Shown: positions 26,824 through 40,092, counted from the first letter of the stretch. The stretch is 63,582 nt of DNA from Octopus bimaculoides (GCF_001194135.2 NC_068982.1:167946439-168010020); one strand, 5' to 3'. Notes: generated by a model from the letters alone, not told the origin. Made by a program: numbers and translations.

Positions 26824-27017
26824 TGTTTTATATTCTTGACACACGTTGGATATATAAATTAATGAAGCGGAGGTTTAATCAATGTGTTCACATGACGGAC
26901 TTTGCGAGACTACAGGAACGCTCTCTCTACGATTACTCCCGACCTCTACTCTTTATAAGAGTTCGACAAATCCATTCTTCCAATCCATCAGGGGTGTCAA
27001 TGACTCTCGTCACAACA
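26824..27017 (-). repeat. 3' LTR (TG...CA)
   Basis: Minus strand starts TGTTGTG and ends TAAAACA; about 34 mismatches in 194 nt versus the 5' LTR by manual count. Confidence 0.9.
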
Positions 27018-27028
27018 TCTCCCCCTTT
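27018..27028 (-). promoter_or_regulatory. Polypurine tract
   Basis: AAAGGGGGAGA on the minus strand, abutting the 3' LTR. Confidence 0.85.
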
Positions 27029-27599
27029 GAGACTGATTTCCGTTGGAAGTTAATATCATTTTTACTTATTTATTGATTTTTCTTTCATCACATCTCCCTT
27101 TTTGAGATTTTCCTCCTAGAGAGGCTTAATATTCCTTCCGTTTAAGCACTACTTCTAACCGTTCTGTTTGTTTCCTCTTTCTTGTGCTGCTATGCCTAGG
27201 CTCGATTTCTTGTGGCGTTGGAACATCAAAGATGTTATAGAATATTTCCATGGCTATCTCTTTTCTTTTTCCCGTATATCTATTTTATAACTGGTTTAAA
27301 TACCCTTTGTGTTCCCATGTTTCGCCTCTTATCGTATATGTCATTTTATTTAATCTTTTTGTTACTACTCCGTCTTTCCAACCATGTCTTCCATTTTTAT
27401 ATATTTTGAAAAAGCTTTGTCACCGATATCAAAATACTTTGTCGTATTTTTAGTGTTTTTCCCTATTTGTTTTTCTTATTGGTATCAGCTTGTCAAAATT
27501 TGACTTTATTTTTCGAGCAAACATTAGTTTCGCAGGCGACTTGACTGAAAAAGCGTTTGGGTTTAGTGTTATCCTATTAACCCTCAAGAACTGTATCAA

Positions 27600-28465
27600 T
27601 TCTGCGTCATCGACTAGCTCCTTTCTTGATTTTTTAATGCTCTTTTAAATGTATCCATGAACTTTTCATCTTGCCCATTAGATCTTGGGTGACACGGAAG
27701 AGAAGTAATATTTTCAATTGAGTACTTCTTGGAAAAATTCTTAAATTCATTCGCCGTGAATTGTATACCGTTATCGGAGATTATGGTATCCGGGACACCA
27801 TACATATCAAAAAAGTTCGTGTAGAAATTCAGTTGTTACCGTAGGTGTCGGTTTTCTGCATTTACATATCTGGCCATTTAGTAAAGCTGTTTACCACATT
27901 TAGATGATATGGTCGCTTTAACGGTCCCGTGAAGTCTATGTGTATTCTGGACCATGGAATATCGATCTTGGGCCAAGGTTGAAATTTTATAGATAGTGAT
28001 TTCACTGCGAGAGCACAGCCTATGCAGGATTTTACCAACTTGATATCTAGATCCATTTTTGACCAGTAAACTCCTCATAAGCGACTTCATTCTAGAAATT
28101 CCTGGGTGTCCAGTGCGGAATTCCTTTAACATTAGACCTTATAGTGAGGTAGGCATTACGACCCTCTGTGCATACTTAAGCACATTATCACATATTGAAT
28201 ACAAATTCGAAACTGTGTTACGTCCAGCCACACGTATTCTTTTTTTTTTGTTTCTTCTGATCTCAATATTTTTTTCATTTTTATGATAAATTCGTCGGTC
28301 TCTGCCTTAATGTCACAGGCAATTCACGCACAACATTGCACAATATATTTTTAATTTTATTTTCGGCTTTTAAAGCCGCTGTCACTGTGTCTTCTAGTGG
28401 TGCACTGTATTTTGGTATAAATTTTGACAAACCATCTGCATGTCCCAATCTTTTCGATGGCAAAT
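27600..28465 (-). pseudogene. pol remnant: RNase H end plus integrase
   Basis: RLGHADGLSKFIP, GHPGISRMKSLMRS, CIGC, PWSRIHIDFTGP, GVPDTIISDNGIQFTANEF, HPRSNGQDEKFMDTFKRAL; frameshifted. Confidence 0.92.
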
Positions 28466-28469
28466 ATTT

Positions 28470-29045
28470 AATTTGAATTTTTCACACTCTCTGTTAACGA
28501 CCTCAGCATAGTTGACGAAATCTTCATCTTTTTTAACTAAATTTAAACATTGCCAACGAATATTGAACAGGGAACTCCTTCTGCTGAAAATTCTCTATAA
28601 CAAATTAACTGTTTCATCGAAAGAAATCTCACCTGGTTTCTTCGGCAGAATATAATTACAGTACTTTTCGCATTCGGCTGGGGATAACTTTCCTAAAAAT
28701 AGTCACACCTTCTTCTCATCATTCGAATTTTTACATACTTCTTTGAAGATTTCTTTGTATCTTCTAAAATATGCAGAAAAAGTAGTACCTTCTGAGTTAT
28801 AAATAAATTCTCCAATTGAATTTGCTACGCTGTCTGACGAGAACGAACCTGAAGTATTTTCAGACCTCTACAACATTACTTCCAGTAACTGTTGGTATTG
28901 ACATTGTTGTTGTTGTTGTAACTGCTGTTGCTACTGTTCTTGCTATTGCAACTGCACCATGTAAGCCAGCAAGTCTTCGATGTTAATGATTTTTCTTTCT
29001 TTGGTTTCGTACCAAAACATTTTTTAACGTCTGTCGCAAGTTTCA
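28470..29045 (-). pseudogene. gag remnant
   Basis: FSSDSVANSIGEFIYNSEGTTFSAYFRRYKEIF...DEKKV...EKYCNYILPKKPGEISFDETVNL...VNRECEKFK. Confidence 0.85.
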
Positions 29046-29050
29046 AATAT

Positions 29051-29060
29051 CTCGTCGCCA
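29051..29060 (-). promoter_or_regulatory. Primer binding site, probably tRNA-Ser(GCU)
   Basis: TGGCGACGAG next to the 5' LTR, complementary to the ...CTCGTCG-CCA 3' end of eukaryotic tRNA-Ser(GCU). Confidence 0.75.
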
Positions 29061-29253
29061 CTTTTATATCCTTGTTACACGTTCGATATATGAATTAATG
29101 AAGCAGAGGTTTTATCAATATGCTCACACAACGTACTTCGTGAGACTACCAAAATGCTCTCTCCACGACTACTACCGACTTCTGCTCTTTATACGAGTTC
29201 GACTAGACCATTCTTCCAATCCCCCAAGGGTGTAAATGACTCTCGCCACAACA
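29060..29253 (-). repeat. 5' LTR
   Basis: Direct-repeat partner of 26824-27017. Confidence 0.9.
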
Positions 29254-30499
29254 GTGTGCTATTCTGTACTGATAGTAGTGGCTGTGTACTCAGTTACTGT
29301 TTTAATAATCCGTTTGTGACGCCAGCACTGACAACCTGAATATGGAACAGAAAACGATGGAAGTACGTCTACTTGATACTTCAGGTAATTTACCATCATT
29401 TCCACGGTCACTGCTAACCGATCTCCACATTTATGCTCACTAACTCTTTCTCCACTCCTGCACAGACTTCTCTTCGATACGATGGTATCTCTACTTGCTC
29501 CGAATCCTGGCAATCTGTATCTTTGGGAGGTATCCCAAACTCTTACTATAAGATTTATTAATGCACCAATTGCTTTTGTCTAAGGCTTTTGTCTCTCTCG
29601 TTTTCACTAATTTCTTTGTCCTCCAATTGTTCCCTTTTCTCGCATTGAAAGTATAGTAGTAGTTTGTTTGCGCTACAATAAAGTATTTGGTGGGACTACT
29701 AAATAGGAATAGGGAGATAATGCTGTCCCATACGGTGATGCTGCTACACAACTGAGGCTGTAGAAAAGACCCAGCATCTTGCGACGAGAGCCACATATAT
29801 TCCTTTAGATGTATTCCCCTGCTAATGGAATCATGTAACGCTTCACAGGCTATGTAACTCAGAAGAGAAGGAGATGTTGATAGATTTTACATTCTATCCA
29901 CTAAACAGGCATCACTACAGCCCAAAGGCCTTCCCATACGCTTGGCTGGCTTCTTGCTTCGTAGTAGAGTGGATGGCAGTTCTGGGAGGCTTATAATCCA
30001 TGCAAAGAAACCCCCAAACATAAATAACTCTATAGAAGTAAAAATTTATTTGTTTAAAATTAAATGGTTAAGGCCAGAAGCATAGTAAATAAGTGTTAAG
30101 CGGAACGCCCTTGTGGTTTTCACAAAGCATGCGACAAAAGATATATTAATGAATTTTAGTCACTTATAATTTACGTTTATTCATTTTGCGCAATTTTCTA
30201 TGTCCGTGAAAGGGCCGAGGACTCTTCTGAAGGTATTTAGGTATATTAAGACACAGTTCCTTAAGAATGATACCAACAAATATGAGAAGACTTACACGTA
30301 CACTTATAATGATAAAAAACATTATAAAAAACAAAAACAGTTCATAAAATTAAGTTAGTTTAGAGAGCCTAGCTAAATACGAAGAACGTATCACATGTAA
30401 CAGAAGTCAACCACCATATATATATATATATCCTACATATTAGCAGCCTAGCTTTCAATATGGTATATAGCAATAAATATCATTATAATAAAAGTACTA

Positions 30500-30720
30500 T
30501 GGCTGCTAAAATTAAATCATGCCCTTTATAAAAAGTCTAACAGGTCCAAATAATTGGATCCTGCATTTTTGTTCGATGTTTGTGTAGTCTCATTTGATAG
30601 AGAAAAGAGATATGATATTCTTGAATTTTACACTTTTGATACTATTACCATAACAAATATCGAATTATATAGAGATGATGAGTTGGCTGTATCCCAACAT
30701 GTTAATGAATAAATGTATTT
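30500..30720 (+). mobile_element. Penelope-like reverse transcriptase fragment, highly degenerate
   Basis: FDVCVVSFDR (cf. FDVTMGSFDG) and NIELYRDDELAV (cf. LYRDDGLA) at 30572-30690. Confidence 0.6.
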
Positions 30721-31514
30721 AGGAAAGACATTGCTAGCACCATCGACATAAAATAACTTTATAAAGTAACATCACATACCTTCAAATAATAACTTTTTTA
30801 AATGTTGTTCGTAGCTTAAGCCCAGGTAAGTGCAGGCCTAATACTGAATCTAAAGCAAATCTCACAAATATGAATATAGATTCATGTAAGGTCCATAATT
30901 TTTAAGAAACCAGAGATATTTATTAAACCCCACTCTTTTTATAAACCCTTTCTAAAGAATATGAAATTCACACCACCTGTAGATTAATTGCGTTAACATT
31001 GAACTTTTTAAATATATCTATATATTGTAAGCTTGTACTATCTATTAAGGTAATGTCTTTAACTTTATGAAAAAGACTTAGATCATTATCGTAGGCTTAC
31101 AAATTAGTTGATTTGCTGCAAATTAAATATAGCCTTTGTAGTCGTGTATATTTCCTTACATATGTCAACATATCATTTCTTTTATCTTTCTCAACTGTTC
31201 ACATATATATTTAACCACAAATGTATATTTTCTTGCAACAATACCTAATTATACATGAGAAATAACCCATTTCCACTATTGTTTATAAGCATGAGTGATT
31301 TTTTTTTTAACACCATTAGCCCAGCATGCAAAAACGGAAAGCTTTTTATTTTATATACGCCTCGGCTTCTTTTCGGAAAAATAACAGTTTTGTTGTTGGA
31401 CGGTTATTCATTTATGAAGGAGACTTCAAAGTTGAAAATAAGATGTTTATCTGTAACGGACTACATCAAATCATACATAATTTGATAAGGTAATTTCGAA
31501 TAATTCTTTCTAAA

Positions 31515-31620
31515 AGGTGTTCAAGACCTAAATTTTGGAGGAAGGTGTAGTCGATTAGATCGACATCAATGCTTGTCTGGTACTCTGTTTAAATGAGCCC
31601 GAAAGAATGAAAGACTCACG
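31515..31620 (-). mobile_element. SINE family C, 3' fragment
   Basis: TAGTCGATTAGATCGACATCAAT...TGGTACT, shared with 32775-32955. Confidence 0.6.
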
Positions 31621-32774
31621 CATTATAGAGAAAGACGGTACAATTCATAATACTGCAAACTTCGAACAACACAGGTAGCTGAACTTGATTACATTAAATT
31701 ATAATCTACCTCTACTTTGCTTCTGTTTGATTTGTTGTCGGTACTATAAATATGAAATAAAGTATAGTAATGTCAATATAATACACAAAAGCCTTTTGCA
31801 GATTTTTGTTCGTACTTCAGTCTGTACTCCAGTCGGTTGTAGTCAAATGAACGACACAATTAAAGAATGTAAAAGGGCAACTTATAAATGGTTATGTTGC
31901 AAGTCAATATTGCGTACACTTTTTATCGTGTCTGTAATTTGCTTTTACAGTTACTCGTGTAAAATTACTAAAATATTAAAATGTTTCCTATTATTTGCAA
32001 CTGTAAAATAATGAGCTCGATTGTATCGACAAATTTATAATATTCATATCTTACGAGATATCAAATATCAATGCAATAAAATATCAAAAATTAATGTTAA
32101 AGCAATATTCTGTATATTTTGTATTTCAATTCCATCGTAAGCTTTTAGCATAATTAAGCAAGAAACATATGTTTAAGATAGTAAGCATTAGGGGACGTTT
32201 AAATTAACATAAATGATGACAACCGCTAAGTAGAAACAATATAATAAAATACGTCTGATAAGGCCTAATGGTCGTTAAATAAATACAAGCCCAGTAATAT
32301 ACATGGCATTCTAGAAATTAAACCGGTTAGATTTTTAAGAAAAACATATTTATTTCCCTGGCGTAATTCCAAGGAGAGTCATATCACATTTATTTATTCA
32401 TTAATGTATTTATTTAACTATTTTTAATAACTTAAATTTACAACATTTATGTCGTGTACAATGTTTAATTGATTGAAATCATAATCGTAGTCAAAAGAAA
32501 AGTCTTTATTGTTGAAAATATTTCCTCTAAAAATGGGCAAAGGAGATGGCTTCAAAATTTAAAGCAACCAAAATTTATAAATGGATGACAAAGTGGCTCT
32601 GAAAATTGGAATTGTTGTGACTACTCAAGACATTTTCCTATCGAATTAAGTTCCCAGTTGATACATACTCAACAGAAACCTATCTGGCTGCGGATGACTT
32701 GGAGTATATATATTTCATGTAAAAATGTTGAGTTAATTTTGAATAATTTATTCTAAAAGAGACACAAGACGTGA

Positions 32775-32955
32775 AATTTGATGGAAGGAGTAGTCGATTA
32801 GATCGACATCAATTCTTGACTGGTACTTTATTTTAACGACACCGCAAAAAAAAAATAAAAATAAAAGTCAACCTTGGTGTGATTTGAACTCAGAACCGTA
32901 AGAAATGTCGATAAGTATTGTGACCGATATGTTAACGATTCTGCCAGCTTCCTGT
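32775..32955 (-). mobile_element. tRNA-derived SINE, family C
   Basis: TAGTCGATTAGATCGAC...CTGGTACTTTATTT...GATTTGAACTCAGAAC...ACGATTCTGCCAGCT. Confidence 0.75.
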
Positions 32956-33959
32956 CCAAGTAATTTCAAATAATAATTGGAAAATGAATGCGTATCTACT
33001 GTATGAAAAACAATAAAGCACAAGCAATTTTATTAATGTGTTCAACCGCAACTTATTTAGAATAATAATATTGGAAATTTTCCCAAGAGTTTCTTCTGCA
33101 TAGAGAATACATTTAAATGCGAGTTACCATAATACATATTAAAATTTAAGAAATATTGCTTAATTAATCGATTTCTTTCTTAATAGGAAGAAAGCTTATC
33201 AGCTCACTGAATCTTTCTCATAGACGGAAAAGAGAGAGAACTTCAACGATATCGCAATAGTATTTGTCACATACGCACACCACGTACAATATATATATAT
33301 GTACATACATATACATGTTGACATAAATGAAACCTGCAGGTGAAACAGAACAAATATGCGAGATGTTTCTAAAATTGTTTTTATTCACCGGAAGAGCTTG
33401 GTTTCTTAGAAAAAAGAAGAGGAAATAAGAAACAGAAAGAAAATTAACTTATTACATACTTATGTACATAGAAAATATTCATGTACATTGACATTTAATA
33501 ACAGTATTGAAGGAGCATTGCCACTAAAACCTTTTCTCTAAATGCCTGATGTAGCTGTTTGTGACAGAAACAAAATTGATGTAGACATAGCTGCCCTACA
33601 GACATGAATGTTTCTTTCCGAAAACTGCGAGAATAAGATGTTCCAAAACCTACAGTTTTTCTACTCTGACCTATAATTATTGATGTTGTTTTCATCATAA
33701 AGCGTTTAATTAAAAATGACAAAAGGCTACTGTTTTAAGGAATAGAACGTCTCCAGCACTTTGTAAATAAAATCTGGAAGTGGAACAAAAAACAATCCAA
33801 GTCTTTTTAGAAAATCAGCACGTGGCATTTGTTTTTTTCCCTCTAAATTCCAGTGTTGGGGGTTTGTGCCTTTTATAGAACCCAGCATATTCCTTATACA
33901 ACGGATTCAAGTAAATGTAATATCATACATACATATGTGCATTCATAATATATACGTTC

Positions 33960-34790
33960 ATGCAAGCCAATGATTCAGGCGATCTACCTGCTAGAATTTG
34001 CAGTTAAATCTATCTGGAATTACTGTCTACCGTTATTAAAACAAAAAGAAAATATGTTAAATAATATAGTTCACATATAATATATCTGTGGGACGAGATC
34101 GTCACGGCTAGAATGTCTTTGATCTAAAGTATGCTTGATTGGAGATGATTTAGGCCTCAACATCAACAGAGTAGATGAGATGTGTGCATTAAACATTCTC
34201 TGATATACGTATGAAAATTGTAAATGCTGGAGTCGGAGTGAGAAAATTAAAGGTAAAGTTGAGTCATTGTTATCTGAAATACCTAAAATTTTTATTCTTC
34301 ACTATATATTATATATATGGATTTATAACCAACAATGTATATGTAAACAAATGTAAACACTTTGTCTCTAAAGAATATATTTGCGGCCAGAAGAAGTGGG
34401 TCAGAGGGACTAATTTCAGTCTTGTGTTGGAATTTCATAAGTGACTGTGTTTTATGTATGACAATATTCTATAGATAAGGATTAATGAAATTTGCGTCAG
34501 TGTCTTAGTATCACCGTACAACTGTTAGTAAGCTAATTCTATACAAAGGCAGTAACTATAACAAAATTTACTTGCCTAAAACAACAGATGTCCCATCTAT
34601 GTGGTCACTGAATTTGCTAGAAATAATTACAAAATCTCTATCAACTCATATATTACATGTTAAAAATAAAACGAATACTATGGATAATATAGTCCTATAT
34701 ATATCAAACATAAAAACATGACAAGTTGGTCATGACTCGAATGCTTTTAGTCATAGATTTGCTCGTGCGAAACTGACCTGGGGTTAAACA
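33960..34790. repeat. Two diverged same-orientation copies of an unclassified short repeat (about 33960-34170 and 34590-34790)
   Basis: Shared collinear motifs TGCTAGAA, ATAATATAGT, GTCA[C/T]G[G/A]CT..GAATG and a terminal CAACA. Confidence 0.5.
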
Positions 34791-35939
34791 ACAAATAGGT
34801 CACTGGCTGTTAAATAACTTTGCAATGGACAGAGTACATTATTGTGCAGATGACAGCTCCATTAATTGCCGACCATTTGAGATCATGTTTGATGCCTTGC
34901 AGACGCTGGATTATAAAATAATTTACATTTTGTATGTAAATTAATTTACAGCCTAACTTAATTTACAACCCAAGTTATTAAGACGACGATTCTTAATAAC
35001 ATAAGTATTGTTTCTTCTGTCTATTTTCTGTTATTAACTTTGCAATGTTTGGCTTTTTTTGTTTCGAAAACAGAAGCAAATAGTTTGCTATATGGCATTT
35101 TACATTATAATTATTATTTAATTCTTCTGAAATGACTACTGTCAGATGAAAAGTATCTTCATGATATTCAGAATATGACAAGAAATCACTTGAAGAATTC
35201 CATATAACTAAGCATTGTACATCCCACATTAATATGACCATATTGAATATTTTTATATTAAGGTCTTAAATAAGGAATCAATTATTTTACATTAAGGTCT
35301 TAAATAATGAATCAATTATTTTTGAAATAGTGTATTTCATTCAATTTTGCTTCATTATTTGCAACTGACTACATCGGAAGACCAGTTTTTATAATGTCAT
35401 TGGGATATTTTATCTTTCATTTCTTTCCTCCCACATTGTATCTCATTTTCTTCGTCTTAACTTTCAATTTCTACATTTCTAGCTCTTGCTTTTCCTATCG
35501 TTTTGCATCTTTTATGTTCATCATTCTCTCTTTTCCTTTTTTCAACTTCTGCTTCTGAAAAATGCATCTGAAAGAAATGGGAGAGAAAACATTATTGTGA
35601 CAAAGTAATAAAATCCAGAAAAGAATAATTTTTTTAAATGCAAAAATTAGATATTTTCAAAACTTCATATATGCTTCTCAAAGAAATCGCTGTGTACAAC
35701 GATTACAATTATTTTTAATGTAAAGAAGTAGATGAATACACAAAAAATAGCCGTATGGTTTAAATTCTCAGAGGTATTTAACTACGCCATTTCTGCAGTC
35801 GACGTTGACATTCATTCATCTATGAATAATGAAATATATACGAGTCAAACACTGAGTTTAACTTCTCCAGCACCTTCAATATCAGTCTCAATTTAATGAC
35901 CACAGCAAGATAAGTATGGTTTACGTAAAACTGAATAGA

Positions 35940-36330
35940 ATGGAAGCCTAGTCTCTTATATCATTCACCAGTGGACCAGTGAAAAATTTTATGGAAGTAT
36001 TGTTGTTGGCCTAAAGACTTTTGATCCTGTCAAACACGTTTATGAAAAAAAAAACTTTCGCCGAAGCGCTACATCCGTCTCTCGTCTTTTGACTCGTGGC
36101 TTAGGATTTAATTGTATTATACCGGTTTGTACTGATAAATTTCTCACTGATTCTACATTCTGTCTACTCTAGGATGCCCCAAGGTTCCGTTTTGTCCACC
36201 ACATTTTTCATCCAATACATTTGTGACCTACGTATTGTCACTTTAACAATGATTCTAACGTTATGCTTTTGGTTACCCTCCTCCACATCTTAGATTATCA
36301 TAAATCGCACCCAAAGGAAGTTCATTCGAC
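35940..36330 (+). mobile_element. CR1/L2-group LINE RT fragment, degenerate
   Basis: YIIHQWT...KTFDPV...LHPSLV...GMPQGSVLSTTFFIQYICDL (cf. GVPQGSVLSPTLFLIYINDL). Confidence 0.65.
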
Positions 36331-36739
36331 TGATTGGCATCTAATTAACTACCAAATCATTTATAACTTTGTTGTAAAGTTAGAAATGTATATTTAAAAG
36401 GTAAAATTCTTTGTGGTATTTCGTTCTGTACTTCTGCTTTCTAATTTCATCGGAAGCGACTTTTCAGAGGTCGACCACGCCTTCAGTTGTTCCAAGATTT
36501 ATCAAAAATACCTGTCAATCAAATGCTCGTACGACGCTTGTTCAGCATTTAATCCCCAAGTAGGCTTAGCTTATATTTCTTTCGGCAGCAGAATGAATCA
36601 GTAAAATGCATACCAGTCATATAACAAGAAAACTTAAATCGACTTCCAACATTCTTCCAAAGTACACGGTCTTTCACTAATAACAGAAATCAATATTTTA
36701 AATGTTTTAAATAAATCCACTGCATACATTTTTTATCTT

Positions 36740-37400
36740 AATTTCCTCAATTGCACCTTTCCCCAATCACTGCATTCTGTTATATTTTTATTAGGAATGA
36801 TTTTCATTTAGTTTACCCATTCACTCTCCATTCATTCGTTTTCTGCTATTCATTCGTCCTCTTGTTTTCATATTTTACTCTCCTTCTCTTTCTATTTCAT
36901 TTCAACCTTCTTCCAATTCCTCAAACTCTCCCTTCTATTCTTTTTTTCTTGTATTCTTTTACATGCCACCTCCTTCTGTTTTGTTCGATTCGTTCTTATA
37001 TTTCTCATTCTTGTACTTCTCCGTCTTTCAACGTTTGTGTTATTTTTAATGATATTCTTCTCCAGTCTTCTTTTCTTTTTATTTCTTCGTTTCATCATCC
37101 TCATTATCGGCAATAGCAACGCTCACTATTCCCTGGTATTTATTTATTTGTTTGTTTATTATTTCTGCTCTTGTGGTTCTTCTTGTTATTTTCAACCATT
37201 TTCTTCTTTTATTTTCTGCTTCTTGTCCCTGCATTTGTTGTCCTTGTTTCTATTCATGCTTTTTTCTTCCAGTCCTCCTTCTTAAACTTCTCTTTTCTTT
37301 TGTCTTCATTCTTATTAATGTGATCATGTTGTTTTTTATCTTCTTCTTGCTGATGATAACGATCATCATCGTCTTATTTTTCTTTTTATCATTCATCTAA
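36740..37400. repeat. Pyrimidine-rich low-complexity tract
   Basis: TC/TTC-rich sequence producing spurious F/L/S-rich ORFs. Confidence 0.75.
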
Positions 37401-37554
37401 TAATATCAAATTGTACGTTGAAACTGATTTGTCGAGGATTCTTCTCTTTAAAGAACGAATATAATATACACTTTATTATTCATTGTGTATACATTTGTGT
37501 GGATATGTTTACGTAACTTAGTATCCATATATTCTTATGTTGCCTCTTCAATAT

Positions 37555-37556
37555 AA

Positions 37557-37591
<35 letters not shown>

Positions 37592-37609
37592 AATTTGTCT
37601 GTCTGTCTA

Positions 37610-37649
<40 letters not shown>

Positions 37650-37650
37650 C
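37555..37650. repeat. (ATCT)n/(GTCT)n tetranucleotide microsatellite
   Basis: Directly visible. Confidence 0.9.
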
Positions 37651-38363
37651 AGTACACACATACATGCACACACAGATATATAGCACATATAAGTGTATGC
37701 ATATAAACTTGCACGCATATAAGTACTCTCGCACAATATATGTGAGTTATAGAAAGACTACATTTCAATGAAAAGAGAGGAGTGTTGACGTAAGGGTCAA
37801 GTAAGTCATAGAAGAGAGTAATACGAGTAAAACGAATAGAGAGAAGGAGAGAAAGTAGAAAGGTGAGAAAAGTGTGAGAGTGAAGAGGATGACTAATGCA
37901 ATCTGCGTGTATCGGTCTCTGAATGTGATGAGCATAGCGTTATTTTCAATGGACAGTTCCTTCCTTATGTTGCATGTCATGTCGTAAATATGATTATCCA
38001 CAAACAATGTGAAATAAAGATTTCAGAATGGAGACAAAACTCGTAATAATTAAAAAGAAAGCTTTTTTATTAGGCAAGAACGTTTTGATTTCAAAGAATT
38101 TGAAAAATGAAAAGGATTTGTGCAGGTTCTTCAAAACGTGCTTGATTTATAGTATGAATACCATGCCAAATTCGAGCGAAGAGAATTTTTCTACCACAAA
38201 TTAAATATTAATTCCTGAAAGACGTTGTATATATTCTAACAATATGCATTTCAAACTTGTAAAAAGCTTATTATTAGTGATTTTTTAATTTTATTTTATT
38301 TTAAACCATTTGGCGTGTTTTGCTTTGTTTTATAGAATACGAGATGTATACTAACCATCATAA

Positions 38364-39480
38364 TATTGGGTTGTCCGGAAAGTTCGTGCCGATTTTTAAA
38401 GGAAAGAAAAAGGTCAATAAATACTTGCCATTACATTTTGAATCAACCAAATATGAACCATTTTGTTGTACAATGCGTCTCCATCTTTCCTTTAACTTGA
38501 AAATACCCTCTTGCCAGAATTGAAGTGGTTTCACAGCAAAGAATTCAACAAGGTATATTTTTAAGTCATCCAGGGAATTGAAATTTTTACCATTAAGACT
38601 ATTCTGCAGAGACCTGTATAAGTGGAAATCCGAAGGAGCAATATCTGGTGAATATGGAGGGTGGGGTAACACATCCCAGCCGAACTGCAGCAATTTTTGT
38701 CTGATTCCCAAAGAAATGCGCCGTCTTGCATGTTGGAAAACAACACCCTTCCTGTTGGCCAATTCTGGAAGTTTCTCTCGAATTTCTGCTCTTAACTCGT
38801 CCAGTTGTGTGCAGTATTTCTCAGAATTAATTGTCTGATTATTTGAGAGAAGCTCATAGTACAGAATTCCTTTCCAATCCCACCAGACACAAATCAAGAC
38901 ATTTTTAGGATGAAGATCCGCTTTTGGGGTGGCTAAGGGTGGCTCATGTCGCTTATTCCAGGATCGATTTCTCTGAACATTTCGGTAGATAATCCATTTC
39001 TCATCACCTGTCCCAATTTGCTTTAAAAAAGGCGCGTTTTCATTCNNNNNNNNNNTCCCAATTTGCTTTAAAAAAGGCGCGTTTTCATTCCGTTTATAAA
39101 GCAAATCACAGATGGAAATGCAATCCAAAAGGTTCTTCTCACTTAATGCATGTGGTACCCAAACATCGTAGCGATTTGTGTAACCAAGCTTTACCAGGTG
39201 CTCATGAACGACGGATTTTGATAGGCTGAGACTTTCCGCCAATTCTCGGGTTGTGCAATGTGGGTTATTCTCAGTTAATGACTTGATTTGGTCATCATCG
39301 GTAGTGGATGGTCTGCCTGATCGCTCTTTATCAATAAGGCTACAATCACCAGCTCGGAACCTTTCGAACCACTATCGTACAGTTCTTTCGGATAAAGAAA
39401 CATCACCGTAAACTGCGCATATTTCTTTGTTTGTTTGAGAGGCATTTTTCGCTTTACGGAAAAAGAAAAGCATCAGCTAA
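38364..39480 (-). mobile_element. mariner (DD34D) transposon, 5'-truncated; one TIR retained
   Basis: TA|TTGGGTTGTCCGGAAAGTTCGTGCCGATTT at 38364-38395; transposase with WVPH, TGDEKW and YSPDIAPSD motifs; no matching TIR found upstream. Confidence 0.93.
38430..39473 (-). pseudogene. mariner transposase, nearly full length but inactivated
   Basis: MLFFFRKAKNASQ...ERTVR*WFERFRAGD...RSGRP...WVPHALSEKN...TGDEKW...VFQH--ARRR...HPPYSPDIAPSDFHL. One nonsense codon, and the second catalytic Asp (HDNAR) is deleted. Confidence 0.9.
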
Positions 39481-39572
39481 CCTGCAAAAAAAGTGAATCA
39501 TGTTTTTGTATAACCAATGTCTGAGTGACAGTATTGTGTCTCAGGCCACTACGAAGAATGGCAAGTTTGTTA

Positions 39573-39585
<13 letters not shown>

Positions 39586-39622
<37 letters not shown>
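39586..39622. repeat. (TC)n microsatellite
   Basis: Directly visible. Confidence 0.9.
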
Positions 39623-39624
<2 letters not shown>

Positions 39625-40092
39625 AAGAATCCCTGCCGTAGGAATAACATGAATGAGCCCAGTGACAATACATGGTACGTTCTCAATGGTCACATTATCC
39701 TGTAACCGTTCATATGGGGCAAAATAATGGCTTATTGGAAAATCCCATTTAATAATGATGCTTATAGTCATTATTTAAATCGCAAATGAATAAATCAAAA
39801 TAGATTTTTATCTCCAGTTGTTGGCACATACGGAAATTCTTGCTATTTCCTTTTATAACAACAGTTAAGACATATATGATCCCATATATTATGTGAAACG
39901 CCTCTTTCTCATATTGCTTTAGCAGCTTCGGTGAAAGTCTGTTGAAGATTGATTTATCTAAATATCTGAAAATCACCTTGAAATCGTTCTACGAAACTGC
40001 AAAAGTCAATAAACGTATATACACATCTTGTGTAAAAATCAAAAGTCGAAACAAGCCCAGTATTGCATCTCGTAATAATTGTTTCCATTTTA

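Larger units (their letters stand above)
26824..29253 (-). mobile_element. Ty3/Gypsy (Mag/K02A2.6-like) LTR retrotransposon, internally deleted, about 2.43 kb
   Basis: Two LTRs of about 194 bp, PBS, PPT, and gag and integrase remnants; protease, RT and most of RNase H are absent. Confidence 0.92.
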
